Positions 17,276 through 26,986 are shown, numbered from the stretch's first letter. The stretch is DNA of 30,022 nucleotides from Candidatus Hydrogenedentota bacterium (GCA_034669905.1 JAXMOL010000073.1:1-30022), one strand, 5' to 3'. Translations and numbers: made by a program. Notes: a model not told the origin generated them from the sequence alone.

Positions 17276-19201
17276 ATGGCCATGCTTGATGACTTGCTCC
17301 AATTCGTGCCTCCGCACCTGCAAAAAGATTATATGCGCCTCATGCAGCGGGTGCCCTTTTACCTGCGTAATTTTGGCATGGTGGGGAAGAGCGGTCCTGC
17401 CCTGGGCTATTTACTCAAGAAGCGTGCCGGAATTCGTGCGAGCGGGCTCGTGTCGGAAGGGGCCGCGTTGCCGTTGACCGAAAAGATGCTGGATGCCGCT
17501 TATCTTCTCCAGGGGGATGGGGCCGACATTCCCTTCGCCGAGTTCGACGCCCTCGTCCTCAGCAATCTCGAAACGGACTTTGAAGATCCCCTGGCGACCT
17601 TGGAGGAAATTGCACCACGCCTTGCGCTCAATTGCCACGTCTTCGCCCTCTTTGCGGCGCCATCAGGGGCAGAGGGGATGGAGCACCTGCGAAGCAACTT
17701 GATGGCGCGCCTGCACGGCCTTGGCTTCGAGGAGGCGCAACAGTGGTCCTTGGAGGACGATGGGCAGGTTGTGGGCTGTCTCTGTATGTTCGTGTCGCGG
17801 GACTACGACGCCGCAGCCCATGCACAAGTGCTGTTGAGGGATGGACTCCCGGACCGGGCGTATGAGCTCATTGAGATGGTGCCCCGCGACGAGTCGGTGC
17901 CCTTTGAGCGGCGGGCCCAGTTGCATTGGGAGCGACTTTGCATTCTCACCACCTGGTTGGAGCAGGACCCCGATTTGGAACCCACCGTGCGCCTGATGGC
18001 GGCGCAAGAAAGTTTCTATTTCGTCGTATTTGCCTTGCCCCACGAGTCGGCGGCCTACCAGGCCATGGCCCGCTGCTGGCACGCCATGGGTGACGACGAT
18101 ATGGCCCTGCGGCTCTTGCGCTCCATCCAAATGGTTTCCCCTGATCGGGCGGTAGAGGCCCTGCTGGATGGGCGGACTGCGGGTAGGGGGGCTGTGACGG
18201 CGACACCCCGGGTCGATGCGCCGTGGCAGGAGGGGCCACCCCTGCGGGTACTTTTTCTGATGAACCCCAGGCCCCACTATGGGATCGATGTGCTCTTTGA
18301 TGGCCTGTGTGCGGTCTTGGGCGATGAGCAGGTCGTGGATTACCCCTATAAGCCCTGGTTGCACGGAGAAGATACCGAGCAGCTTGCCCACTATCCCTGT
18401 CGCTTTCAACGGAGGGGACGGGCCCTGTCGATTGAAGCAGTGCTCTCCGAACTGAAGGCGGGTGAATTCGACCTGATTCTCTATGCGGACGTGGAGGGAG
18501 ATGTCCCCCGGGCTGAGATGGTGGCCATCATGCAGCATGCCGGAACCTGCCCCGTGGCCATCGTCGATGCCCTGGACGAGTTTTCCGACTTTCGCGGACG
18601 GGTGGCCGAGCACCTGAATTTTAATCAATTCGCCGCCTACTTTAAACGGGAGAAGTTGCGGGGGGTGGACTATGGTCCCGATGCGTACCCCTTGCCCTTC
18701 GCCTACGATGGGAACAAGGCCATACCGACCTGGGAGAGCGATCGAGGTCACCCCTTTTTCTGGGCGGGCCACCGCATGTTTGGTAAGCGGCGTCTCTATC
18801 TGGAAGCCGTGGAATCCCATTTCGGCTGGGACCTTAATGCGACCTATGCACCGGATGATTATATCGACCGCATTCGAAACTCCCGGGTGGGCCTGAATTG
18901 TTTCGGCATGGGTTTCGACACCGTGCGATTCTGGGAACTTCCCGCCCATGGGTGCATGTTATTGAGCGAGCGTCTTCCAATTGAGATTCCCTGTGCCTTT
19001 GAAGAAGGAAAACATGCGGCCTATTTTGACGACCTGCCGGGGCTGATCGCGCAGGTGGACCACTATGAGGCTCACCCGGAAGTCGCCCTGGAGGTGGCCC
19101 GGGCGGGCCATGCCCATTTCCTCGCGCACCACAGCAACGAGGCCCGGGCCCGCCAACTGCTCGGTTGGCTTCGCACCAAATTGGTACCATCCCCCGCGTA
19201 A
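17276..19201 (+). CDS. Glycosyltransferase (CgeB/Glyco_trans_1_2-like C-terminal domain) with N-terminal helical/TPR-like region
   Basis: Y...I..SRVGLN..G.G.DT.RFWE..A.GC.LL, E....A.AG......HS...RA, YFKRE. Start at ATG 17276 or 17282. Confidence 0.8.
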   Translation: MAMLDDLLQFVPPHLQKDYMRLMQRVPFYLRNFGMVGKSGPALGYLLKKRAGIRASGLVSEGAALPLTEKMLDAAYLLQGDGADIPFAEFDALVLSNLETDFEDPLATLEEIAPRLALNCHVFALFAAPSGAEGMEHLRSNLMARLHGLGFEEAQQWSLEDDGQVVGCLCMFVSRDYDAAAHAQVLLRDGLPDRAYELIEMVPRDESVPFERRAQLHWERLCILTTWLEQDPDLEPTVRLMAAQESFYFVVFALPHESAAYQAMARCWHAMGDDDMALRLLRSIQMVSPDRAVEALLDGRTAGRGAVTATPRVDAPWQEGPPLRVLFLMNPRPHYGIDVLFDGLCAVLGDEQVVDYPYKPWLHGEDTEQLAHYPCRFQRRGRALSIEAVLSELKAGEFDLILYADVEGDVPRAEMVAIMQHAGTCPVAIVDALDEFSDFRGRVAEHLNFNQFAAYFKREKLRGVDYGPDAYPLPFAYDGNKAIPTWESDRGHPFFWAGHRMFGKRRLYLEAVESHFGWDLNATYAPDDYIDRIRNSRVGLNCFGMGFDTVRFWELPAHGCMLLSERLPIEIPCAFEEGKHAAYFDDLPGLIAQVDHYEAHPEVALEVARAGHAHFLAHHSNEARARQLLGWLRTKLVPSPA

Positions 19202-19277
19202 CGGCGCACCGGGATGCCAATATATGGTATAACCCGGATAGAAGTAACCCTTTACACGGAATGAGGAATTGATAATA

Positions 19278-21755
19278 GTGCGAAATGCTTCTTGCTGCCT
19301 CGCTGCGGCGATGGTGGTCAGTTTTTGGTGGTGCCTGGACGCTGTGGCCGATGATGTGGAGGTCGATAAACCGGTACGGACCGTGCTCAGCGGCGTACCG
19401 TGGGTGCCGACGGAAGCTTCCCCGCAGCCCAAGGTCATCTATGGTACCGATGACCGCATTGACCTCTATCAGGAGGTCAACGCGACCCGGCGTCTCTGGG
19501 CCGCCTCTACGTGTGCCTTGTTGCGTGCGAGTAATCTGCAGGAAAACACGGACGGCACCGTGACCCTGCGCACCAACAATTACAACGTTTGTTCGGATGA
19601 ACCCTTTTCCAATCAGCCTACGATCGCCTATTGCTCGGCCTTTATGGTGGGGCCCGATCTTATTGCCACCGCAGGGCACTGTTACGATAACGGTGACATT
19701 GGCAGCGCGCGCTTCGTCTTTGGTTTCGTTATGGAAGATGCCAACACGCCGGTATTGACCCTGAACGCAAACCAGGTATACAGCGGGGTGGAAGTCGTCG
19801 GACAGGCGCTTTCGGGTGATTTAGACTATGCCGTGATCCGGGTGGACCGGGATATCAGCGCACCCGGTGCGACGCCCTTCACCCTGCGTCGCGAAGGGGT
19901 CATTGCCGTCGGGTCCCCCATCGGCGTGATTGGCCACCCCTCGGGGCTTCCGCTCAAGTTGGCCTTTGGCAACGACACGGTGGTGCGCTCAAGCAACAAC
20001 TCGGGCTTTTTCGTGGCCAACCTGGACACCTATGGCGGCAATTCGGGCTCACCGGTCATCAACCCCAACACCGGGATTGTCGAAGGCATCCTGGTCCGGG
20101 GGGATACCGATTTTGTAAATGACAATGGATGCCAGCGTTCCAACGTGGTCAGCAACACGGGCGGGCGGGGAGAAGACGTCAGCAAGTCGACGACCTTTGC
20201 CCAATTTGTGCCCGAGTTAGGGAGTGCCCTCAGTCTTGATCAGGATGCCTATCCCTGCGGCGGCACGATGGAAGTGCGCTTAAGCGATCTGGATCTTGCC
20301 GGGACGGGTACGACAAGCGTGGATGTGGTGACATCAGAAGGCGATATGGAAGTGCTCACCCTGACGGAGATCGATACGTCGGGTACCTTTACGGGCACCC
20401 TGGGGCTGGTGGATGCGGCGGTTTCGGTTTCCAGTGGCCAACTCGAGATCGGCCCCGAAGTCACCATTACCGTGACCTACACCGACATCCTGCATGATGC
20501 CGGTGCGCCCGATATGTTAACGGCATCGGCCCCGGTGGATTGTATCGCCCCGACGATTGAGGGGGTCATGGTGGAGCAGGTAGGCACCCAGGCGGCCTCG
20601 GTAAGTTTTATGACCAACGAGACTACTTCCGGGGTGGTGCGCTTTGGCACGCAGTGTGCCAGCCCCTCGGGACAGATGACCTTTCTGCAGAGCCAGGCCC
20701 ACGGGGTAACGCTCTCTGGTCTTCTTCCCAACACGACCTATTACTTTTTTGTAGAGGCCATGGACAGCGCCGGAAACGTGACGGTCTCGGACAATGGCGG
20801 AAGCTGTTTTGAATTCACGACACTGGATGCGGCGGATTACTACACGGAATACTTCCCGGCGTCGGCCCCCGACCTTGAAAACACGCAGCTCGAATTTACG
20901 CCGGATGAAACCGGGATGTCCTACGAGGTCTGCCGCTCGAATATTTCTGCCCTACCCGTGTCAACGGCCGGTGCGACGATCGTGGGCCTCGCGGACGACG
21001 GCTCGGTGCCCATTACGTTGACGGGCGGCGCGCGTTTCCCGTTTTTTGGGACGGAGAACTCGGAAGTCTACATCAACGCGAATGGGAACATTACCTTCTC
21101 CACGGATGACGACGCCTTTGATCCTGACCCCGCTACGCATTTCGAGTTGCGTCGTATTGCCGCCTGTTTTTCGGACCTCAATCCCATCGTCAGTGGTACC
21201 GTTTCCTACATACAATTGTCAGATCGGCTGGTAATTACGTGGTCCGGAGTGCCCCATTTTGACCGGGGTGGCACCAACACCTTTCAAGCGGAACTCTATT
21301 TCAGTGGCGTGATTCGCTTGTCCTATCTGGGGCTTACCGCAGCCCCCGCACTCGTGGGGCTATCCAATGGACTCGGCCTCCAGGGAGACTTTGCTTCCTC
21401 CAATCTCAGTGGTCAAATGGTTTGTGAGGGGGGCAACTCCTTCTACCACAGCGCGGATACGAACCAGAACAACACCATCGAATTGAACGAACTCATTCGT
21501 GTCATCCAGTTTGTTAACACCGGCGGCTACCACTGCGATGGGGCCGGGGAAGACGGCTATGGCGCCGGTCCCGGGGAGCAGAGTTGTGCGCCCCACGACA
21601 GCGACTACGGTCCCCAGGACTGGAAGATTAACCTCACGGAAATCTTGCGTCTCGTGCAGTTCTTCAACGTGGGGGGCTATGCGGAAGACCCCGAGCGCGC
21701 GACAGAAGATGGTTTCATTCCGATTGCACCAGCGAAGGGTCGGCTGGAAAACTGA
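19278..21755 (+). CDS. Secreted trypsin-like serine protease with FN3-like, nidogen-like and duplicated EF-hand/dockerin-like C-terminal domains
   Basis: Signal peptide; IYG.DDR; triad ATAGHC / LDYAVI / GGNSGSPV; L.GL.PNTTYYF.V.A.D.AGN. GTG start 10 nt after GAGGA. Confidence 0.88.
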   Translation: MRNASCCLAAAMVVSFWWCLDAVADDVEVDKPVRTVLSGVPWVPTEASPQPKVIYGTDDRIDLYQEVNATRRLWAASTCALLRASNLQENTDGTVTLRTNNYNVCSDEPFSNQPTIAYCSAFMVGPDLIATAGHCYDNGDIGSARFVFGFVMEDANTPVLTLNANQVYSGVEVVGQALSGDLDYAVIRVDRDISAPGATPFTLRREGVIAVGSPIGVIGHPSGLPLKLAFGNDTVVRSSNNSGFFVANLDTYGGNSGSPVINPNTGIVEGILVRGDTDFVNDNGCQRSNVVSNTGGRGEDVSKSTTFAQFVPELGSALSLDQDAYPCGGTMEVRLSDLDLAGTGTTSVDVVTSEGDMEVLTLTEIDTSGTFTGTLGLVDAAVSVSSGQLEIGPEVTITVTYTDILHDAGAPDMLTASAPVDCIAPTIEGVMVEQVGTQAASVSFMTNETTSGVVRFGTQCASPSGQMTFLQSQAHGVTLSGLLPNTTYYFFVEAMDSAGNVTVSDNGGSCFEFTTLDAADYYTEYFPASAPDLENTQLEFTPDETGMSYEVCRSNISALPVSTAGATIVGLADDGSVPITLTGGARFPFFGTENSEVYINANGNITFSTDDDAFDPDPATHFELRRIAACFSDLNPIVSGTVSYIQLSDRLVITWSGVPHFDRGGTNTFQAELYFSGVIRLSYLGLTAAPALVGLSNGLGLQGDFASSNLSGQMVCEGGNSFYHSADTNQNNTIELNELIRVIQFVNTGGYHCDGAGEDGYGAGPGEQSCAPHDSDYGPQDWKINLTEILRLVQFFNVGGYAEDPERATEDGFIPIAPAKGRLEN

Positions 21756-23478
21756 GTAAGACGACTTCCCCCGCCGGGATGTTGATTGTCAGGTCCGTGG
21801 CCGTCGTGCCCGTCACGAAGGCCTTACCCAGCAAGATTTCGTGACCCGCAGTGTTTCCGGTGACGGTGGCAATGCGGAAGGCCTTCGGGTCCGCTTGTTC
21901 CCCTTCGGTTGTCTTGGTGATGCCCAGGTTGTTGAAGACCCCCACCAGGACTCGGTCCCCCGATACGGCTTGGGCCACCCCTACCGAAACGTCAACCGTA
22001 TAGGGAAGCCGCCGGGCCATCGCGCTGAAAATGGCCTCATTGCTTTCGGTGCTGTTGTCGAAGTAGATGCCCTTGTCGGCACCGCGGGGCCGCGCCTCGT
22101 CAAAGTACACGACCGCCTCATAGGATTCGAGGAGCGTATCGCTCACCGTATCGTCGAAGACATCGAAGCATCCAATCCATGGGGAAGGGGTGAGGTTGTG
22201 GACATCGCCCCCGTTGCCGGCCCGCTTGGGCGCCAGGAACGTCTTTCCAAAACGGCGTAGCTGGTCGTGGAAGGCATCGCCCTCGGGCGCGATACGCCAC
22301 AACGTATCGGTGAAGCCCGCCATGTAGCGGATATCGATGCCAAAGGTGTCACGGGGCATGACCAATGCCACGGGCACAATAGGGCGTGGGGGCGCCAATA
22401 ACGCGGTGGTCTGCTGGAAGGATTGGACAATTTTTCCGTAGGTGGTGAGGGGATAGTCTTCCCAGTTGCTGAAATAGTTCTCCGCGCCCCATTCTTCAGA
22501 CCACCAGGCCGCGCCGGACAGCCACGCATAGTAAAGCAAACGTCGCTGCAGGGAGCGGCTGCTGCCATGCTGGGGTCCAATGTTATAGCCATCCATGAGT
22601 TCCTTCATTTTGGGCTCGTGGGGCCACCACGGCGAGAAGTCCGTGGCACAGATGCACCCCGTCGGCTTTCCGCCCCACGGCTCATAGTAGGCACCGAAGG
22701 GTTTTCCATGCTGTTTTCCCGCACCCCGCGCACAGGCAATCTGGAAGGCCGTGAGGGGGACCTGGTTGCCGATTTCCGCCATGACGTTTTTCGCCCCGAG
22801 CCGGAGTGCCGTGTGCTGCACCTGTCCATAGCCGGTGACGGAAACCAATTGGCCTTCCGTGCGGGCGACGAGTGCCTTGAAGTAGTCGCTGAGATAGGCC
22901 TCCACATCGGACTGGGTCTTAAGCTCGCGGAAAATGGGTTGGAAAAGTTCGAAGTCCCCGCTGGAGAAATAAGGACGGGCCATGCTGCCTTCGAGCTCCG
23001 TGAAAGATGCGGCGGCGAAGGGCAGGCCCTTCTTGAGAATAAGCTGATGGATGCGGTGGTAGTCGTGGGTGGGGGAGTTGGCCCACTCGTGGGCCTGGAA
23101 ACCGAGGAAGTTGGGGTCGTCCTTCAGTTTCGCCGCGATGCCTTCAATACCTTCCAGGGACTGAAAGGGCATGCCCCCCATGATGCGGTCGATGTAGTAG
23201 GGTTTGCCCGTTTCTTTCGCGCCCTGCAGGAGTTCCGAGTCCCGCCAACGGGCGCCAAAGGGCGTGTCATCGAAGCCGGTGTTGTGCAGACGAAAGCCTG
23301 CGTCTCCCAGCATGTCATGTTGCACGAGGCCATCGCGAAAGGCGGGCGTGGCGAATTGCAGGAAGGTCATGCCTTCCGTCACGCCGGTGCCCGTTACGAG
23401 CAAGGAGAGCAGGAGTGCGAAGAATAACGTGCCAAGGCGTGGCGAGTGGCGCAGACGGGTGTGGCGAATGGGGGACAT
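21715..23478 (-). CDS. Hypothetical secreted protein (possible glycoside-hydrolase-like barrel)
   Basis: 587-aa ORF with basic and hydrophobic N-terminus, rich in aromatic residues; no family recognised with certainty. Confidence 0.7.
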   Translation of the reverse strand: MSPIRHTRLRHSPRLGTLFFALLLSLLVTGTGVTEGMTFLQFATPAFRDGLVQHDMLGDAGFRLHNTGFDDTPFGARWRDSELLQGAKETGKPYYIDRIMGGMPFQSLEGIEGIAAKLKDDPNFLGFQAHEWANSPTHDYHRIHQLILKKGLPFAAASFTELEGSMARPYFSSGDFELFQPIFRELKTQSDVEAYLSDYFKALVARTEGQLVSVTGYGQVQHTALRLGAKNVMAEIGNQVPLTAFQIACARGAGKQHGKPFGAYYEPWGGKPTGCICATDFSPWWPHEPKMKELMDGYNIGPQHGSSRSLQRRLLYYAWLSGAAWWSEEWGAENYFSNWEDYPLTTYGKIVQSFQQTTALLAPPRPIVPVALVMPRDTFGIDIRYMAGFTDTLWRIAPEGDAFHDQLRRFGKTFLAPKRAGNGGDVHNLTPSPWIGCFDVFDDTVSDTLLESYEAVVYFDEARPRGADKGIYFDNSTESNEAIFSAMARRLPYTVDVSVGVAQAVSGDRVLVGVFNNLGITKTTEGEQADPKAFRIATVTGNTAGHEILLGKAFVTGTTATDLTINIPAGEVVLLSFPADPSLVQSE

Positions 23479-23541
23479 GTAGCTTCTCTCTATGGGGTGA
23501 TGTGCACAATAGGTAACATGGTTTTTAGCAGTATTTTATTG

Positions 23542-23570
23542 TTGATTCCATCTAGCTTCGCAGTTATGCT
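23542..23570 (+). promoter_or_regulatory. Sigma70-type promoter candidate in the divergent AT-rich gap
   Basis: TTGATT-N17-TATGCT. Confidence 0.5.
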
Positions 23571-23607
23571 GCCAAAGCTGTTTTGTGGTCAATTATGGAG
23601 ATATGCA

Positions 23608-24933
23608 ATGAGAAAATCCATGTTACATCGGGCCTGTGTGGGCCTTTCGTTGGGGCTTGCGGCCCTGGCTGTTCCGGCCTATGCCGATGGTCATTACAAT
23701 GATGGGATTTCGGAGAGCGGACGAAACTTTACCGACCCCCGCTATCAACGGGCCACCATCGCACCGACCCTGGTGCATTTGGACCCGGGCGAAACCAAAC
23801 GTTTCAACGTGGTCATGGTGGCCACGCGGCTCATGGCCGCTGAAGTGCCGGAGAAAGTCATCTGGTCGGTAAACGATATCGTCGGCGGCAACGACACGGT
23901 GGGCACGATTGACGAGGCGGGGAACTACACCGCGCCGGCGACCATGCCATCCCCACGGGAGCTCCATATTGTGGCCGAAGTGCCCGAGGCGGCGAATCCT
24001 TTCCTCTTCGCCACGGTCATCATTGGTGACGACCCCATCGTCTACAAGTCGGTACACGTCTGGTCAGAAAAGCCGGGCACGGAAGGGGCCAACCTCTCTA
24101 CGCCCCACGGCATCGGCCTGGATAAAGACGAGAACATCCTCATTGCCGACATGGGCAACTCCAAGGTGCACCGGTATTCCCAACAGGGCGAGTACCTCGG
24201 CAACATCGGTGAAGGGAGTGGCCGTGACGATGGAAAGATCAGCAAGCCACGAGAAGTGACGAGCGATGTGGAAGGCCGCATCTTCGTGACGGATAGTAAA
24301 GGCGATCGGCCTCGCGTGCAGGTCTTTTCCCACGAGGGTGAGTTCCTCCAGATCTTTGCCGAGAAGGGTCGTCTTCCCGGCATGCTGCTCCGCGCCCACG
24401 GCATGGACCACGACCGCGCCCGGAATCTCTTCGTGGTGGACGTGGACAACATGCGGGTCAACGTCTACGACCAGCATGGCAAGTCCCTCCGGGATTGGGG
24501 GCAGGAAGGATTGCTTCCGGGACAGTTCAACGCACCCCACGGCCTTTTTGTCGACCGCAGTGGCGATGTCTTCGTAACGGGCTACTACGGGCCCACCCAG
24601 AAGTATAATGGCTTCGGTGACTTCGTAACCGAATTCGCCCACGGCGCTCCGCCCGATGGCCCGAGCTACTTCCACAGTGTGGCCGGTGACAAGTGGGGCA
24701 ATGCCTATCTCTCCGTGCGGAACAAGGGTGGCTACGACGGCGCCATCCAACGGGGTGACGAGGGTTATTACTCCATCATGAAATACAACAACAACGGCGA
24801 CTTCATCTGCGGCTGGTCCTATTCGGCGAAAGAGCACTCCGAATCGGAAGTGGCCGTGGCCGAAGATGGTCGCGTGTTTTGTCTCTTCAACGGCGGTGGT
24901 GAGTCGGGTGTAGAGACCTTCGCGCAGGAATAG
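23608..24933 (+). CDS. Secreted NHL-repeat (beta-propeller) protein with N-terminal Ig-like domain
   Basis: Signal peptide ending AYA; WSVN...GGN..VGTI...G.YTAP; NHL blades PHGIGLD..ILIAD.GN, G.FNAPHGL.VD..G.VFV; RBS GGAG. Confidence 0.85.
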   Translation: MRKSMLHRACVGLSLGLAALAVPAYADGHYNDGISESGRNFTDPRYQRATIAPTLVHLDPGETKRFNVVMVATRLMAAEVPEKVIWSVNDIVGGNDTVGTIDEAGNYTAPATMPSPRELHIVAEVPEAANPFLFATVIIGDDPIVYKSVHVWSEKPGTEGANLSTPHGIGLDKDENILIADMGNSKVHRYSQQGEYLGNIGEGSGRDDGKISKPREVTSDVEGRIFVTDSKGDRPRVQVFSHEGEFLQIFAEKGRLPGMLLRAHGMDHDRARNLFVVDVDNMRVNVYDQHGKSLRDWGQEGLLPGQFNAPHGLFVDRSGDVFVTGYYGPTQKYNGFGDFVTEFAHGAPPDGPSYFHSVAGDKWGNAYLSVRNKGGYDGAIQRGDEGYYSIMKYNNNGDFICGWSYSAKEHSESEVAVAEDGRVFCLFNGGGESGVETFAQE

Positions 24934-24954
24934 CGCATCGGCGAGATGTATCGT

Positions 24955-24996
24955 ATCGGGCAGTTGGTCATGGGTTGGCCCTCTGCCCGATTTTTT
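24955..24996 (+). terminator. Probable intrinsic terminator
   Basis: ATCGGGCAG/CTGCCCGAT stem followed by a T-run. Confidence 0.6.
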
Positions 24997-25003
24997 CGAG
25001 GGG

Positions 25004-25293
25004 CTCGTTCGTGGGGTCGCCAACGAATACACTGCTGGTCAACGCACGCGATGCGGCCGTTGTCCCGCAGGAGCGGAACGGTAGGCATTACCACGGGGGA
25101 CCGTGGTAACGAGGGTCTATCCGTTGGCTCGTTCCTACGGTCCCCCGTAGGAATGCAGTTCTTGCCGCGGGTCGTAGACGCGCCGTAGGCGAGCGCGCCC
25201 CAACGGGCACGCAGCGGAGAAACACACACCATACGAACGCTATTCCGCAGGAGCGGAATGGTAGGCATTACCACGGAGGACCGTGGTAACGAG
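25004..25293. repeat. REP/REPIN-like family I: internally deleted unit (25004-25113) plus full unit (25128-25293)
   Basis: Left end CTCGTTCCTACGGTCCCCCGTAGGAATGC, right end GCATTACCACGGNGGACCGTGGTAACGAG. Confidence 0.85.
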
Positions 25294-25314
25294 CAGACAA
25301 CAAACAGTGGATGC

Positions 25315-26217
25315 ATGGATATGATGATAAGAAAAGGTGTTGAACGAACCCCTGCCCGTACCTTTCTATTTCTTAGCGTTTGCTGCGTACTTCAGATTGG
25401 GCTGTTGTTGGTTTGGGCGGTAGAGGGTACGGCTCAGGGGGACTCGGAGGCGGATAGGGGCGAAGTCAGTATGACCTCGGCCGAAAAGGTCGCTGCTTTT
25501 CTGGCTCCCCACAAGAATAAGATCTTTCTGCCCACTTACGTTACCAACCGACTCTCCGAAGCGGATTTGCCTGCCCTCTATGACGCGCTCGACAACGAAG
25601 TATTCGCCCGGCAATGGAATCGGGTCTTGTTCGCGATTTGCGTCCTGGAGGAGGATGAAAAGGCCTTTGAGACGGTAAAGCAATTTGTGTCCACCCCTTG
25701 GGACTGGAGCAAGAGTAAAATTTCTGGTCATGAGGCAACACGCGTGATTCGGGGAATTACAAGTTCCGTCGTGAATCTGGCGATGGTGGAACCCACTTTG
25801 AGCGCACCGTTTCTTCAGGAAATATTCACGCGGGAAGGGGCGGAACGGTTCTTGGAAGGCTGGAAAGGATACGCTTTCCCAGAGAGCGATATTAAGCGTA
25901 TATTTGTGGACGATCTGATGTTTGGCGCTGCTAGTGGATTGTTGCACTTGCGGGACCCAGCATATTTCTCCGTGGTGGAAGATAAATTCTATGAGATTTA
26001 CGCTATCCCTGTTATGGAGCGAAGCGAGGCTCAGGGAGAGTTGTTTTTTACGTGTAGACGATTGCTGGCGTCGCGGCTAGTCTATGAAGAAATGGGCTGG
26101 GATGAGGGAATCACTTTTCTTCACACCCTTGATTCGGAAGCAGCGATAGCGACTATGACGAACTACATGGCGGAGGTGTTAATTCAGGCAGAAGAGAGCA
26201 GGTGTGGCGGAGAATAG
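25315..26217 (+). CDS. Hypothetical protein (~300 aa, likely exported, lower GC)
   Basis: Open frame with a hydrophobic N-terminal segment and AT-richer codons. Start uncertain (25315/25321/25324). Confidence 0.65.
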   Translation: MDMMIRKGVERTPARTFLFLSVCCVLQIGLLLVWAVEGTAQGDSEADRGEVSMTSAEKVAAFLAPHKNKIFLPTYVTNRLSEADLPALYDALDNEVFARQWNRVLFAICVLEEDEKAFETVKQFVSTPWDWSKSKISGHEATRVIRGITSSVVNLAMVEPTLSAPFLQEIFTREGAERFLEGWKGYAFPESDIKRIFVDDLMFGAASGLLHLRDPAYFSVVEDKFYEIYAIPVMERSEAQGELFFTCRRLLASRLVYEEMGWDEGITFLHTLDSEAAIATMTNYMAEVLIQAEESRCGGE

Positions 26218-26220
26218 ACG

Positions 26221-26682
26221 TGGCGCGCAACACGGATGCTATTCCGCAGGAGCGGAACGGTAAGCATTACCACGGCGGACCGTGGTAACGAGAGTCTATC
26301 CGTTTGTAACCTTCGGGCTGTACAGTGTCGCTCGGTAATATACAAAGAGTCAGGTGGCTCGTTCCTACGGTCCCCCGTAGGAATGCAGTTCTCGCCGCTC
26401 CCGCGGCAACGCCCAAGACGCGTGATTGCCAACGGGTATTCTACTGGGCGGCACACGCTGCGCGGACCCTGTCCCGCAGGAGCGGAACGGTAGGCATGCA
26501 GATCTTGCCGCTCCCGCGGCAACGCCGAAGGCGGGTTGGTCGCCAACGGATGCGCAGCTGAGCAGCAAACGCGACGCTGACGCTGTCCCGCAGGAGCGGA
26601 ACGGTAGGCATTACCACGGGGACCGTGGTAACGAGGGGGTGTCCGTTAGGTAGCCTTTGGGCAGTGCACCGTCTCCCGGTAA
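26221..26682. repeat. REP/REPIN-like family I: right-half unit (to 26292), linker, fused double unit (26358-26635), linker
   Basis: Same terminal hairpins and CCGCAGGAGCGGAA inner hairpin. Confidence 0.85.
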
Positions 26683-26763
26683 TTTAGGGTGCCCCTCTCG
26701 TTTCACCGACTGCCGACCGCGTAACTGTACGGTTTCTTTGGCACTACCAGATAGAGGGGCGAA

Positions 26764-26986
26764 AACATGGTGCGGGCTTTCAGCCCTATGAAGGAAAATC
26801 ACTGCGGTTACCCAGGCCTTCGGCCTGGGCTGGTATGTTACCGCGCCGTTGGCGCTCAAACGGCGGCTACTACGACACCGGCTAGCGTTCCGGAGGGCCA
26901 AAGGCCCGTTAACATACCAGCATGGGCCAGCGGCCCATGAACCGGGGTTATAGAAGAATTCAAGGGCTGAAAGCCCGCCCCATATT
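26764..26986. mobile_element. REPIN/MITE-like family II: 223-bp inverted doublet of three-hairpin modules
   Basis: CGGGCTTTCAGCCCT (26773-26787) is exactly inverted at 26963-26977, and GCTGGTATGTTA is inverted as TAACATACCAGC. Non-coding; mobility is inferred. Confidence 0.6.
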
